NCBI RefSeq assembly: GCF_011745625.1
Contig: NW_027191498.1
Coordinates: 1 to 64,000, forward strand
Reading direction: 5' to 3'
Length of the DNA stretch: 64,000 nt
From: Cladosporium halotolerans
Taxonomy: Eukaryota
This document shows, piece by piece, positions 24,229 through 37,202 of this stretch. The notes below the pieces were generated by a model. The model ran no database searches. It saw only the letters and a program-made list of their open reading frames with translations, and had not been told where the DNA came from. Numbering within the stretch: the stretch's first letter is position 1; every line of letters starts with the position of its first letter. A program made the translations under genes and the position numbers.

Positions 24229-24921
24229 GTCTAGTCACCAGTCGGGCCGCTGCGTTGAAATTGATGATCGTGTGTCGTCTATGATCCCTTGGAATGCTAT
24301 CAGAAAGACAAAATCGAACCTTTAAGTCGGCGCCCAATGCAGGATTTCTCATGTCATTTCCAACACTTCCCTCAATCAGCGCTCACAATTGTGACCAAAG
24401 AATCTTAACCCCAAGTAACCCCAAGGACGCACCCTGACCCTAACCCTAATTTTGGTGCGGGGGGCTGATTTCTGCAGGCAGCCGCGAGCTTCGGTCGATT
24501 TCAAACGAAGATAAGGCAATCAGTGCGGTGTTCGTCGCAAAGAATCTCATCAAGGCATAAAAAAACGTCGGGCGATGTCCGTTTCACGTCCGCCATGGCC
24601 ATGAATGCTTTCGAAATGACAACAGAACCATGGAGATAGCTACAAGGCAAGTTGTGCACCGGAGAGCGAATATCAGAAGTCCGGCGCAGCTGCAGCTCAG
24701 CCTCGTCCGTGGATTTGGGTCAGCTCCGCGGACCATCCAGATGCGAGTCCGGGTATAGGTAGTGATTTGGGGCAGACACAGGTGGGCTGCGACACAACGT
24801 TCGATTTATATACTTTGTCAACATCCGCTCCATCATGTTGCTTTTTAAACCCCAGCCATCCGTCTCTTCGTCGCATACATCCCCTTAGCATATCGAGACT
24901 CGCAATTCACCAACGCCCGCA

Positions 24922-26086
24922 ATGCACGGCAACGCTAAATTTACCGCCAAGGACGTTCCGGATCTCACTGGTTATGTCGTGATCGTAACAGGAGGTCAGC
25001 ACAGCCGAACCTCCATATTATCTTCGTTCGCTGAACAGCTTTGAATCAGGCAACAGCGGCATCGGCTACCAAACATGCCTCCAGTTAGCTCTCCGTCAGG
25101 CTAGAGTCTACATCGGCGGGCGATCGGGAGAGCGTGTGAGCAAGGCGATCGAGGAAATGCAAACAGCTGCGGGTACAACGAAGCTTGATCTGCACTTCCT
25201 CCAGATCGATCTCCAGAACTTGTCGTCAGTCAAAGCCGCTGCGACTTCGTTCGCGCAGCGAGAGTCGCGACTTGATATTTTGATCAACAACGCCGGGGTA
25301 TGATTGTCCATGTGTTCTCAGAGAAGCTTCGCTGACTCTTACCTTCTCATACAGATCATGGGCGTGCCGTATGAATTGACAACGGATGGGTACGAACTGC
25401 AGTGGCAAGTCAACTACCTGGCACCATACCTTCTGGTATCGTGCCTCATGCCACTTCTCTTGACGACCGCATCGCAATCGCCAAGTAAAGATCGGGTCAG
25501 AATCGTCAATCTATCATCTGAGATGACGACTCTTTTGGGTCCCAAACACATGCTGCTGGACGATGTCAATATGCCAAACCACAAAGGCATGACGGTGCTG
25601 CTGTGAGTTACGAATTTCATGAGCCGCAGCATCAAGTCTGACAATCGTCTCACAGACAGCGTTACTCGCATTCGAAGCAAGGCTCGATCCGTCACGCCAA
25701 GGAGCTCAACGATCGTTACAGCGCTCAAGGTGGGTTTCCGTAAGGCGTTATACCCAATAACAACTACTGACTCACGCTACAAAGGTGTCACGGCGTATTC
25801 TCTACACCCCGGAGTCGTCTATACAAACCTGCAGGGCGCGGACCCCTCGTGCTTCGGCAGTTTCATGCAGCTAACCATGAAGATCACGCCAACAGTCACG
25901 CCGCAAGAGGGAGCCCTGAACTCCTTGTACGCTGCCACCAGTCCGGATGCTCCAGCTAAGGGCCAAGGCAGGTTCTTCGTTCCGGTCGGCAAACTGCAGA
26001 AGTCGGTTGACAAATGGATTGACGATCGCGAGGGCAACGCAAAGTTGTGGGAGCACAGCGAGCGTGCAATTCAACACATCAATTGA
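24922..26086 (+). CDS. Short-chain dehydrogenase/reductase (retinol-dehydrogenase/WWOX-like); about 4 introns
   Basis: VPDLTGYVVIVTGG|NSGIG, LDILINNAG|IM, RIVNLSS, YSHSK, SLHPGVVYT. Confidence 0.9.
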
Positions 26087-26725
26087 TTGGTATAATGTGC
26101 CAGTATGATTGGTGTCCGCGTGGAGGATAGGTGTGTGGATGGTTGATCGAGCGGCGAATTGTTGTAGATAGCTTTGCGATAGTTGAAGCGAAAGGCTGCC
26201 TTTTCTCCTGGAAAGATTCCAGCTGACTGCGCTTCTATCATAATCTCTCATGGGCGAAGGCTGCAGTTGAAAATGTTGATATGAGTTGTTACAAGGTCGT
26301 GGCACATCGTTCCAACGTCCACTATTCGCAGGATATTGTCCGCGTTCAGCAGCTGAAGTGCAAGCCTTCCTTGTAGGAGCACATGCAACCTCGGGACTCA
26401 CAGCATGCTTCGGATCATGAACGAGATGGAGGTTCAAGGGGCATGTCGCAAAAATGCTGTTGAACGAACATGTGTGTGGGACGCGTCGTGCTCGATCGCA
26501 AGCCTGTCCTCAGCCTAGCCTGCAAGCAACATTGGAGCACAGGGTCGAATCCACGGACCCTTCCGCGAGCCTCCACCAATCAAACTCCACCACGCCACCC
26601 CGCACCACTTCGCCAGCACTTTCTTCAGGCACGCTGCGCCCGCACCCCTTATCACCAAACCCGTGGGACCATCAAGCGGTGGGACAATACATATAATAAC
26701 CCAGCGTTGCCACCACAACGCAGCC

Positions 26726-27490
26726 ATGCCAGGCAGCGGCAAGCAAAACGCCGATGTCCAACGGCAGATTATCGAGTTCCTGGAAGCCGGGATCGATCCC
26801 ACGACGATCCACCGGCGGCTCAAGGTCGGGCGCAGCTCGATCTATCGCATGAAACGATGCCTGCAGCAGCACGGGACCGCGTACGCGCCGCCGGCGACGA
26901 ACAAGAAGAATGGACGGCCGAGGGTCATGACGAATGAGCAGGAGCAGGTGAGTGCAGATTCAATCGATTCCAGAAGCAAAACATTCTGACAATATCGACA
27001 GGAAATCCGCGCCTGGCTCCAAGACCCCGCCAATCGCGAGCGCTACCTGGACGACATGGTGTGGTTCATCCACGACCGCTTCGGCATGGTCTGCAGCACG
27101 ACGACCTGCTCCAAGATCAAGCGCAAGTGGCTCAAAGTCATCGAGGCCGAGGAGCGCGGCGAGCAACTCGACCCGGCCGACGCGCAGGAGCAAGTCCGCC
27201 AGGAATCGTTTCGCGTCGCGAAGCGGACGTCGAATGCTTCCAAGCGACAGCAGCAGGCTGTTACGCCGGTGGCAACTGACGATGGAGACCTACAGATGTC
27301 GGCGGATCTGGAGGCGGCGATGTTGCACCAGGAACATCAGCAGCAGCAGCAGCAGCAGCCGTTGCCGGAGTATCGGCCGGAGATCGACCAGACCTTGCAG
27401 GATTACAAGCCAGAGATCGATCAGCATTTACAGGAGCAGCTACAGACAGAGGTGGCGCATGCGGCGCTTCGGCAGAGCGGCCTTGGATGA
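26726..27490 (+). CDS. ~236-aa protein with a Tc1/IS630-type bipartite helix-turn-helix head and a Q-rich tail; no DDE domain
   Basis: Exon 1 26726-26947, intron 26948-27001 (GTGAGT..CTGAC..CAG), exon 2 27002-27490. Reads IHRRLKVGRSSIYR..NGRPRVMT..YLDDMVWFIHDRFGMVCSTTTCSK. Confidence 0.75.
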
Positions 27491-27905
27491 GCTGTCCGTT
27501 TGTGATGGTAGCATCTGATGCTAAAGGCGCCGCATGTTTGCGGCACTCACGAATTACGAGAGACGATAGCGATTTGACTTTGTTGGCGTTAGACTTTGCA
27601 TAAGATCAATCCGGAGGCGTTCATTCACGCGATAGGATGGTCGAGGTATGGTCATATCAAAAATGAATTCCCTTATACTAAGCATAAGCAAGCTCCGGAT
27701 CGCCAATACCGCGCTCTAATGCTTGCAAAATATTGCGTCTAACGCTCGTTCCCATCACCTTCCGTCTCTTTATACAATTGAGGCGACAGTCCCGATGGTT
27801 GCAGACCCGCGAGGGCCTAAGCGGCAATGGAACCCTAGCTTCTCTGACCACTCCTCCCGACTCTTTCTGGTATCTTGACTCTCACAAACAACAAGCGCTC
27901 GTCGA

Positions 27906-28874
27906 CTACTCTTCATACTTGCCTCCTGGCAGGTAATCCCGGCCCTTCTCAAGCACGCCCTTCAGGTACTCGTACACGGTGAACGTGACCGCCTGCCCCG
28001 GCGCCACACGCATGACACGCGGCGTGATGCCCATCCAAAAGGCCCTAACGCCCTCGACCTTCCACATATGGTTCGCGATTGCCATGATGCGGCCCATGGC
28101 CGTCTGCCCGGCCTCGGCGGGAGTCTTCTGCAGACGGGTCTTGATCGTGTCGATGGGAGCGTTAGAGAAGGGCCCTACAGCACCAGAAATCAGACCGACA
28201 ATACTGGTCTGCCAACCAGGCAGCTGGGCCGTGGGGTCTGCGCTGTTGCGCTGCAGGTAGTCCTTGAGCTCAGTGTACGCGGTGAAATTCGCGGCCTGGT
28301 TGGTACCCTGGCGCAGAGCCGTGAGCGAGACGCCGCGGTACAGCGCGCCGAAGCCCTCCTCGCGAATGACGGTGTACATGGCGTGCGCTGCGTTGCGGTA
28401 TTTGGGCACGTCGAGCGGGTCGCTCATGCTGTGGTACTGCGACTGCAGGCGGATCTTGACGACCTCCATGGGGCACACGACGGCGACGGCTTCTGTGACG
28501 CCGGCCGCGAGGCCCGCGAGGAAGTTGCTGCTGCCGGAGACGGTGCCTTCTTTCGCAAGGAGCTGTTTGTACCACTCGTAGCTGGTGAAGCGAATGGCCA
28601 TTTTGGGTACGATGCCCGTCATGACGGCGCCGAGGCCTTTGTAGAGCGCGAGCGGTGATTCTTTCTTTGCGATTTCCAGGCCAGTCGTAACGAAGCCTCT
28701 TCGCTTCATGCCGGGTGCGCGCGCTCGCCGCGACAACTGCATGCGGACTTTGATTGTGTCGAGCGGGTGGCATGCGAGCGCTTCCATCATGCCGGCGCCG
28801 CCGCCGGCTATGAGGTTTGTCGCCGCAGAGGCCGGTTTCTTGCCTGACGGCCCTGCTGTTGATTTGGCGGACAT
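27906..28874 (-). CDS. SFC1: Mitochondrial succinate/fumarate carrier
   Basis: Three PX[DE]XXKXR repeats; NLIAGGGAGMMEALACHPLDTIKVRMQL, RQGTNQ, RVAPGQAVTF. Confidence 0.93.
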   Translation of the reverse strand: MSAKSTAGPSGKKPASAATNLIAGGGAGMMEALACHPLDTIKVRMQLSRRARAPGMKRRGFVTTGLEIAKKESPLALYKGLGAVMTGIVPKMAIRFTSYEWYKQLLAKEGTVSGSSNFLAGLAAGVTEAVAVVCPMEVVKIRLQSQYHSMSDPLDVPKYRNAAHAMYTVIREEGFGALYRGVSLTALRQGTNQAANFTAYTELKDYLQRNSADPTAQLPGWQTSIVGLISGAVGPFSNAPIDTIKTRLQKTPAEAGQTAMGRIMAIANHMWKVEGVRAFWMGITPRVMRVAPGQAVTFTVYEYLKGVLEKGRDYLPGGKYEE

Positions 28875-29679
28875 TGTGGACGTGGTCTCAAATCATGCGC
28901 TTACAATGCGCGGTGCCCTTGGGAAGTGGTGTCTCGTCTCTTCTTTAGGCAGCTGGAGCCCAACTCTTGATACAGCAAAAGTAGAGAAGGTGTGAGAGTG
29001 GGCGGATGAAAGTACGCGAAGGCAAAGAAACAAAGGAGGAATGCAAACCCTTGGATTAGAGACAGCCCAGCAGGTGTCACGCTTTATTACGTAGGTTCAG
29101 ATCAGAGCCAAGCAGTGGTCGGAGTCAGGTCAGTCGTCGAGGACGAGCGGGTGCGTGGGCGAACGGAAGTCTACCTCGGGTGCCCTGGCGAGGCTCGGCG
29201 TAGCCATTGAGCTGTGGCTGCGCGAGGCCGAGGAGCAGGAGTTGCGCGGAAGGCATCCTCAACCATATGAGTCAAATACGCCCTGCTCGCTCTCCATTCC
29301 AGGGCTGCTGCGCGACGCCGCGGCTGTCAGTGTTCGGCCGCAAGAGTCGAGCTTCGAAGTTGGCGGGCGTCACAAGCCGAAGCTCGCCGGCTTTCACATG
29401 GCGATCCTCTGACGCGCTTCCCCACGCTCAGCCAGCCTCGGCATGGGGAAGCTGAGTGATGCCTGAGGGAGCTTGTTCAGCCTTCCGCGTTCGTTCCGAG
29501 GCCAGGGACAAGCTCGGGCGGACGATAACTGCTGCAGCGAGCCTCACGACCTCGGACGTCTGGAATGCTTCTGAGGGCAAGCTAATGCTCGTGACTGGCT
29601 CTGAAAATGACTGTTCAATACGATTGAATTGGGGAATGCGAAAAATCTCATGCCTACTCCCGAGAAGTGCCGCAGAGCC

Positions 29680-30826
29680 TCAGGTGTCTGCCTCTTCTGT
29701 TACGTGCTGCTCGCTGGGCCCTGTGCCACCAGGTGCCCCCTTCTTAATTTTAATGGGCGAGTCTGACTCTTTGTACGCCTTCAATTTCTCCAAAGCCAGC
29801 TGCGCACGCCTCGCTGCCGGGCTCTTGGCTACGTGAACCAACCCTCCATCCAAGGCTTCCAACGTTTCTGGCGAGAGAAGCGACGGGAGGTCATATGCCA
29901 TGACACTTGAATCTAGCTCCGGTCCAGGCTCCGCGACTCCATCTGCTGGTGCAGCATATCGCAGAGCAAACGCTGGCTGTTGCGAGCGATTCGCGGGTGA
30001 TTCTCCCTCGCCAACCTTCACCTTGAAAGCCTCCAGCAAAGCCGCCTTGACTCGCCGCTCGAGGTACATCTCGACCGCCTCCACCTGGTCTTCCCAATCG
30101 TAAAACTCTTGAACCATGAATCTTCCATTGGGCTTTCGGCCTGCCAGCTTCCCGATCGCTATCCTTAGTCTTTCCGATACCAGTGAAACCCAGGTGCTTT
30201 TGCGCGACAGATGCCGGACAACATCCTTCCGGTTGAGCACGTAGCTAGGCCCCGGGAGGCATTCGCCCGTCATTTCGGAGGGGCGGCCTGGTTGTAGGAT
30301 AGCTCTGATTCCTGGTCGTCGGCCTTCACTCGCGGGAGGAATTCTTTCGATGACCGTGCTGAAGGGGACGAGGAAGTGGGATGGCAGTTGGATCCAGGTA
30401 AGTTTGCACTGTCGGATGGGAGTCGCGAGTGCATGGGCTGTATTTCATATGTCAGCGAGGGCGTTCTTGTTGCGGCCAATGTTTGCACGTACCGTGTACA
30501 TTGTCCTCGAACTCATTCTGGAACTCTACCAAGTCTTCAGTACTAGACATGCCCACGATCTGCTTCTTCGTCTGCCCCTGCTTCTTCTCGCGCTTCCCTA
30601 GCAGTGGCGAGACCGGCAGATCTCGAAAGCCATGCTTTCGCGCCTTCGAGAGGACTCCATCTTCGTTCAGAGAGGTGTGCGACTGGAGCAGGGAGTCTGC
30701 AACAGAAGGGTGACTGCGTGCAGATGCCTCATGATAGCAGCGCACTGGAGCGCAGAGTCTCGAGGGACATTGGACGAGCCGCCTCAAGGTTGATGGCGTG
30801 GCGACACGAATAAGCAGATCGGGCAT
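29680..30826 (-). CDS. Conserved fungal hypothetical, probably mitochondrial (ALATPxRxC..LP..FL motif, Rrg8-like); one intron
   Basis: Arg-rich N-terminus. Intron GTACGT..GCTGAC..CAG (~30491-30439) joins DNVH|AHALATPIRQCKLTWIQLPSHFL in frame to ORF 29680-30273. Confidence 0.65.
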
Positions 30827-31084
30827 AGATGATGCGCGCGGCGAGTGTCGCGGAAATGTTCATGCGATCCACATGGCCATGGGTGATCTGAAAAGCCGAG
30901 CGACTTCGGCAAGGCCACCACGTGTGGGGAACTTGCGAACCGCCTTATGGCATCATTCACTTTATCTCCTATGTCCGTCTGTTACCTGTCTTCTGATAAG
31001 ATACATAAACGCACTTTGGCACCATTGCACAGACTATAGACTCTTGCTGTACAAAAAAATCAAGTTCAGACTAATCAATTGACC

Positions 31085-32164
31085 ATGTCTCGCGTTCTCC
31101 TCACCGGTGGTTCTGGCTTCATCGCCGCCCACGTTCTGGATATCCTCCTCCAGCGCGGCCACCGTGTCGTCACAACCGTCCGCTCGCAAGAAAAGGCCGA
31201 CAAGATCAAGCAGGCTCATTCCTCATATGGCAAGGACAAGCTTGACTTTGCCATTGTAGAGGACATCGCCAAAGAGGGCGCCTTCGACAAGGCCGTCATC
31301 TCAGACCCTCCCTTCGATGCGGTCATCCACACAGCCAGCCCATTCCACTTCAACGTGACCGATGTTCAGAAGGTATATCTTAGTAGCATACCCAAGAAGA
31401 CAGCCAAGACAATGCTAACAGTCCTCCAGGAACTCCTCGATCCCGCCGTAATCGGCACGACCGGCATTCTCAAATCGATCAAAAAGTCCGCCCCGACCGT
31501 CAAGCGCGTCGTGATCACCTCCTCCTTCGCCTCCATCGTCAACCCCTTCAAGGGCAACTGGCCCGAGCACACCTACAGCGAGGCCGACTGGAACCCCATC
31601 ACGCAAACCCAAGCAGTCGAGAACCCCGCCAACGGCTACCGCGCCAGCAAGACCTTCGCCGAGCGCGCCGCCTGGGACTTCGTCGAGAAGGAGAAGCCCA
31701 ACTTCAGCGTCAGCACCATGTGCCCGCCGCTCGTGCTCGGTCCCATCGTGCACTACCTCAACAGCCTCGACGCGCTGAACACGTCGAACCAGCGCGTGCG
31801 CGACCTGATGCTCGGCAAGGGCAAGGAGGAGATCGCGCCGACCGGCACGTACCTGTGGGTTGACGTGCGCGACCTGGCCGAGAGCCACGTTGCGGCGATC
31901 GAGAGGGAGGCTGCGGCCAACAAGCGCTTCTTCGTCACCGCGGGTTACTTCTCGAACAAGGAAATCGCGCAGGTGATTGAGAAGCGCTACCCCCAGTACA
32001 AGGATGCGCTGCCGACTGCCAGCACGCCTGGCGGCGACTACCCGCCTGAGGGCGTGTACAAGTATGACAACAAGAGGACGAGCGAGGTGTTGGGCATCAA
32101 GTGGAGATCCCTTGAGGAGAGCATTGCGGACACCGTGAAGAGTCTGCAGGCGGTTGGTGCGTAG
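31085..32164 (+). CDS. NADPH-dependent aldehyde/carbonyl reductase (extended SDR, Gre2/Ari1-like); one in-frame intron (~31372-31428)
   Basis: VLLTGGSGFIA, VIHTASP, VVITSSFAS, YRASK, WVDVRD. Confidence 0.92.
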   Translation: MSRVLLTGGSGFIAAHVLDILLQRGHRVVTTVRSQEKADKIKQAHSSYGKDKLDFAIVEDIAKEGAFDKAVISDPPFDAVIHTASPFHFNVTDVQKVYLSSIPKKTAKTMLTVLQELLDPAVIGTTGILKSIKKSAPTVKRVVITSSFASIVNPFKGNWPEHTYSEADWNPITQTQAVENPANGYRASKTFAERAAWDFVEKEKPNFSVSTMCPPLVLGPIVHYLNSLDALNTSNQRVRDLMLGKGKEEIAPTGTYLWVDVRDLAESHVAAIEREAAANKRFFVTAGYFSNKEIAQVIEKRYPQYKDALPTASTPGGDYPPEGVYKYDNKRTSEVLGIKWRSLEESIADTVKSLQAVGA

Positions 32165-32361
32165 ATGACGTGAGATGGAAAGTAAATTGTTGATGATTAT
32201 ATACGAATAAATGAAAACGAGGAGAGTCGGTACGATTGCATTCGAGCCAGCTGATGCGAGGTGTGAAATATGTTGTAGATACCTATTGGGTTCTGCGTTA
32301 GCAATACATCCAAGGAAAATCAGATGAATTTCATCGAGAAGACAAAAAGCCCGTTCCTTGT

Positions 32362-32446
32362 CGTTATCAGACTGTTGAACTTGACATTAAATTTTTGGAC
32401 GTCATTGAGCCCTCAGTAGTAGCTGGTTATATGATCATCACCAAAG
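32362..32446 (-). ncRNA. Intronic box C/D snoRNA with two guides complementary to LSU rRNA
   Basis: C box GTGATGA (32441-32435); guide AACCAGCTACTA + D' CTGA (32416-32413); C' ATGACGT; guide GTCAAGTTCAACAG-T + D CTGA (32370-32367). Lies in an intron from GTACGC (32492) to GCTAAC (32302-32297) and an AG. Confidence 0.88.
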
Positions 32447-33124
32447 GAAAGGGGATTTGGAAGGGTTAGAAAAGAGATGGCGCATCGCGTACCTTTTGTT
32501 GCATTGACGCCGACCCCTTCAAGTAGAAGCAGGCCAGCGTGGAGGGGTCCCATCGCAGCATGTCCGTCTCTTGACTAGCCAGTGCGGCTACGACTGGACC
32601 CCAATGGAGGTTGTAAACAGTTTGTCGCGGGAAAGTTATCTGAAGTACACGCGGCAGAAAATATATGCTTCGGGCGCGGGCAGTTCGGAGGAGAAGCTGC
32701 GGGCTTGGCGAAGAGGAGAGGGTGAGAGGGCAAGGAGTGGTCGGCGCCCGGCAGCGCGGGCAGCAGCCGCAGAGCCGACGTTTCTAAGCAGGTCATCGAA
32801 CGACTTGTCAACACCTGGAGAAGAGTGTAGCCCCGACCACGCTTTGCTTTCTTTGTTTTCTCCTTTCCCCGCCTTTGCGAACAGCGCAATTTGATACCCC
32901 GTCAGCAAAAGAGTCGCAACTTAAAAGCAGCCCGTCCTGAAAGACCAAGACCCATCGCCGAACAACCTCCGCCCTATCCCTGGATCGAAGTGTAGAGCCT
33001 CAAACCACCGCACAGCTCACTCGACCACGCACGGGGTTCACAACCCACTCCATCGCAGCGCAACCGCCATCCCGTCTCACCTCACCTCTCCCCACCGAAA
33101 ACAAACCCACAACCACACACAACG

Positions 33125-33740
33125 ATGGGCTCCGCCCTCTCCCTCTTCACCCGCCTTCTCTGGAGCAGCAAAGAAATCCGCATCCTGATCCTCGGCCTCG
33201 ACAACGCGGGCAAAACGACGCTCCTCTACCGCCTCAAGATCGGCGAAGTCGTCACCACGATCCCCACAATCGGCTTCAACGTCGAGTCCGTGACGTACAA
33301 GAACCTCAACTTCAACGTCTGGGACCTGGGCGGGCAGACGTCCATCCGGCCCTACTGGCGCTGCTACTACAGCAACACGGCGGCGGTCGTCTTCGTCGTC
33401 GACAGCACGGACATCGAGCGCCTGGGGACGGCGGCGGAGGAGCTGGCGGCCATGCTGGGCGAGGAGGAGCTGAGGGATGCGGCGTTGTTGGTTTTCGCGA
33501 ACAAGCAGGATCAGCCCGGCGCGAAGGGCGCGGGGGAGATCAGCGAGGCGTTGAGGTTGGGCGAGCTTAAGGATCGGAATTGGAGCATTATGGCTTGTAG
33601 TGCGGTCGATGGGCGGGGGGTTAATGAGGGGATGGATTGGCTTGTGGTGAGTTTGTGAACATACCCGTTCTGCGGGGAGGCGAGGGACTCGATTGCTGAC
33701 TTTATAACTTTCACAGCAAACGGTTGGCGAGAACTCATGA
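33125..33740 (+). CDS. ARL1: ADP-ribosylation factor-like GTPase Arl1; one 3' intron (33647-33716)
   Basis: MG start, [29 protein letters not shown]; last exon QTVGENS*. Confidence 0.96.
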
Positions 33741-34192
33741 TCGTTATACCAAAGAGAGGCTGGGCTTTTTGGATGATGGGAAACTTGTTTGAAATTTGTC
33801 GTTGTTATCAACAACCTGCATGGCGCTGGGGTGTGAAATGAACATAGGGAAGAGATCTAGACGACATGCATTATCGAGAGCCACTGCGCGCAACAGACGC
33901 GGCGGGGCAACGGGAGGTCTTAATGTTCGATTTTCGACTCGTTTCGGATGGTCGCGTGACCTCGTCTTACATTTTGTCTCATTTCTTGACGTGGATATGT
34001 ACAGCATAGTAACGCATTGCTCAACCGAGGCGTGTGGGGTTACTTCAAATTCCGAGGTGGAAAGGTCAGGTTGCACTGTTAAGTGATGATAATCATGGTA
34101 TCGTTATTCGATTCAAGAAACCCCCTCCTCGCAAGACCGATGCTTTTCCTACGCTACAATGAATGCCCCACCTCCTCACAAAGTCCGACCCC

Positions 34193-35716
<1,524 letters not shown>

Positions 35717-35986
35717 TCACGTGCGCAGCATCTTTTGGGAAAATGGCGAATGAGTGGTCGTCGAAACATTCGAATATGGCTAGAGAATGTTACTGAGAAC
35801 AATGTGCTTTTCGAATATTAAGTGAGCAAACATGGAAACAGTGATACGAATAAATCATAGTCTGCAGATTCTGGGGCCGCATATTTCAGCGGCCCTCACA
35901 TCATTGAATTGATTGTAAATTTAGTTTAATCGTCTGCTTCGTGGATGCCTTTCATTCATCGCTTCGTCCTCGTCCTTTCTCTTCAT

Positions 35987-36988
35987 TTACAAGATAGTGC
36001 CAAAGCCAAAGGTGGTCTTGATGCTGCGCACGTAATACTCCTCCCAGTTGCGCTTGGTCGGCTCCTCCTGGCCGATGGGCACGCCGACCCAGTCGACGCG
36101 CATGATGGTCACGGCGTCGACGTCGTTCTGCTCGAACTTGATCTTCATCGTGCTGAAGTGACCCTGTGGCCACTGCGCCAGCCGCCACTTCTGCTCGATG
36201 TACGTGGGCTTGTCGAGCTTGGAGAACTCGCCGGAGACGTTGCCGCCGAAGATCTCGAACTTGCCGCCTTCTTTCGCACCCTCGAAGATCTTGGGTGGCG
36301 CGCGTGTGAAAGCTGCGATGCGCTGCGGGTCGGTGAAGGTCTCGAAGAGCTGGTCCGCGGTCGTGCGGAACTCCTGCTGGTCGCTGAGGGAGGTCACGTT
36401 GACGGCGGCGCCGGCGGCGGTGGATGCCGTGGAGGAGCTTTTCGACTCTTCCTTGGGCTTGTTGATGGAGCTCTGCTGCATCGTCCTAGGCGTGCTGAAA
36501 CCAGACGAAGGGTTGCTACCGGGAGCGTGCTGGAGGCCCGAGCCATGCTTCTCGATGAGCGTGGGGCCGAGCTTCACAAGTTTCTGACGGATCTGCGGGG
36601 TGATCTGTGCCTTCACGAGGTCCTTCACGGGCTGCTTTGAAGAGTCTTCACCGTAGAGTTCTACTTCGAAGACGTACTCGTCCTCTTCGGTATCATGGGC
36701 AACTTCCGGGATGGTGATGGTGCCGCTCACTTCCTGGCTCTCCTCTTCGCTCTTCTGCACGCGGCCGGTGTACTCTAGCTGTAACTTCACGTCGAAGATG
36801 GTGATGACCTTGTTCTTGCGCTGGGACACGTCGACATCACCGTCCATTGACAGGACTTTGCTGACCTCCGCGGTGTGGCCGCCCTTCTCTGCTTTGAGAC
36901 CGACCAGCTCCCCGGTGAGGTACTCCTTCGTCCACTCGCTAACATCCTTGTTCACCCAGTGCCAGTTGTTGGGGTTATGGAGGACCAT
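35987..36988 (-). CDS. AHA1: Hsp90 co-chaperone, activator of Hsp90 ATPase
   Basis: MVLHNPNNWHW (NxNNWHW), VSQRKNKVITIFD, C-terminal YYVRSIKTTFGFG. Confidence 0.97.
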   Translation of the reverse strand: MVLHNPNNWHWVNKDVSEWTKEYLTGELVGLKAEKGGHTAEVSKVLSMDGDVDVSQRKNKVITIFDVKLQLEYTGRVQKSEEESQEVSGTITIPEVAHDTEEDEYVFEVELYGEDSSKQPVKDLVKAQITPQIRQKLVKLGPTLIEKHGSGLQHAPGSNPSSGFSTPRTMQQSSINKPKEESKSSSTASTAAGAAVNVTSLSDQQEFRTTADQLFETFTDPQRIAAFTRAPPKIFEGAKEGGKFEIFGGNVSGEFSKLDKPTYIEQKWRLAQWPQGHFSTMKIKFEQNDVDAVTIMRVDWVGVPIGQEEPTKRNWEEYYVRSIKTTFGFGTIL

Positions 36989-37101
36989 TGTGCCGGAGTA
37001 CGTGCAGCAATGGGGTTATTTAAACTACGGTTCTGTTCTTTCCATGCTGTTAGTCATTGGACGACGAATCGAATGGCGTGTAGTAATGCAATTAATGATG
37101 C

Positions 37102-37202
37102 AGTGATCAGAACAGAACAACATGTGTTCGCAAAGCTTATCCGCAGTAAAAAGAGTACAAGTCTTTCTCGGACTGGTGCCAGCTGGTGTTTCATCTTGAC
37201 AT
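37102..37202 (-). ncRNA. Intronic box C/D snoRNA in the AHA1 5'-UTR; guide for the 18S rRNA site equivalent to yeast Gm562
   Basis: C-like AAGATGA (37197-37191); guide GCTGGCACCAG (37183-37173) + T + D' CCGA; D box CTGA (37110-37107). Lies in an intron from GTATGC (37242) to GACTAAC (37055-37049) and an AG. Confidence 0.78.

Noticed and set aside
32600..32630. ATGGAGGTTGTAAACAG resembling SRP RNA helix 8
   Set aside because: The loop is not GNRA, the 3' GCA side is missing, and no Alu-domain start is visible.
32737..32840. GTGGTCGG / CCGACCAC inverted repeat
   Set aside because: Only 8-10 bp in a GC-rich promoter or leader, so plausibly chance.
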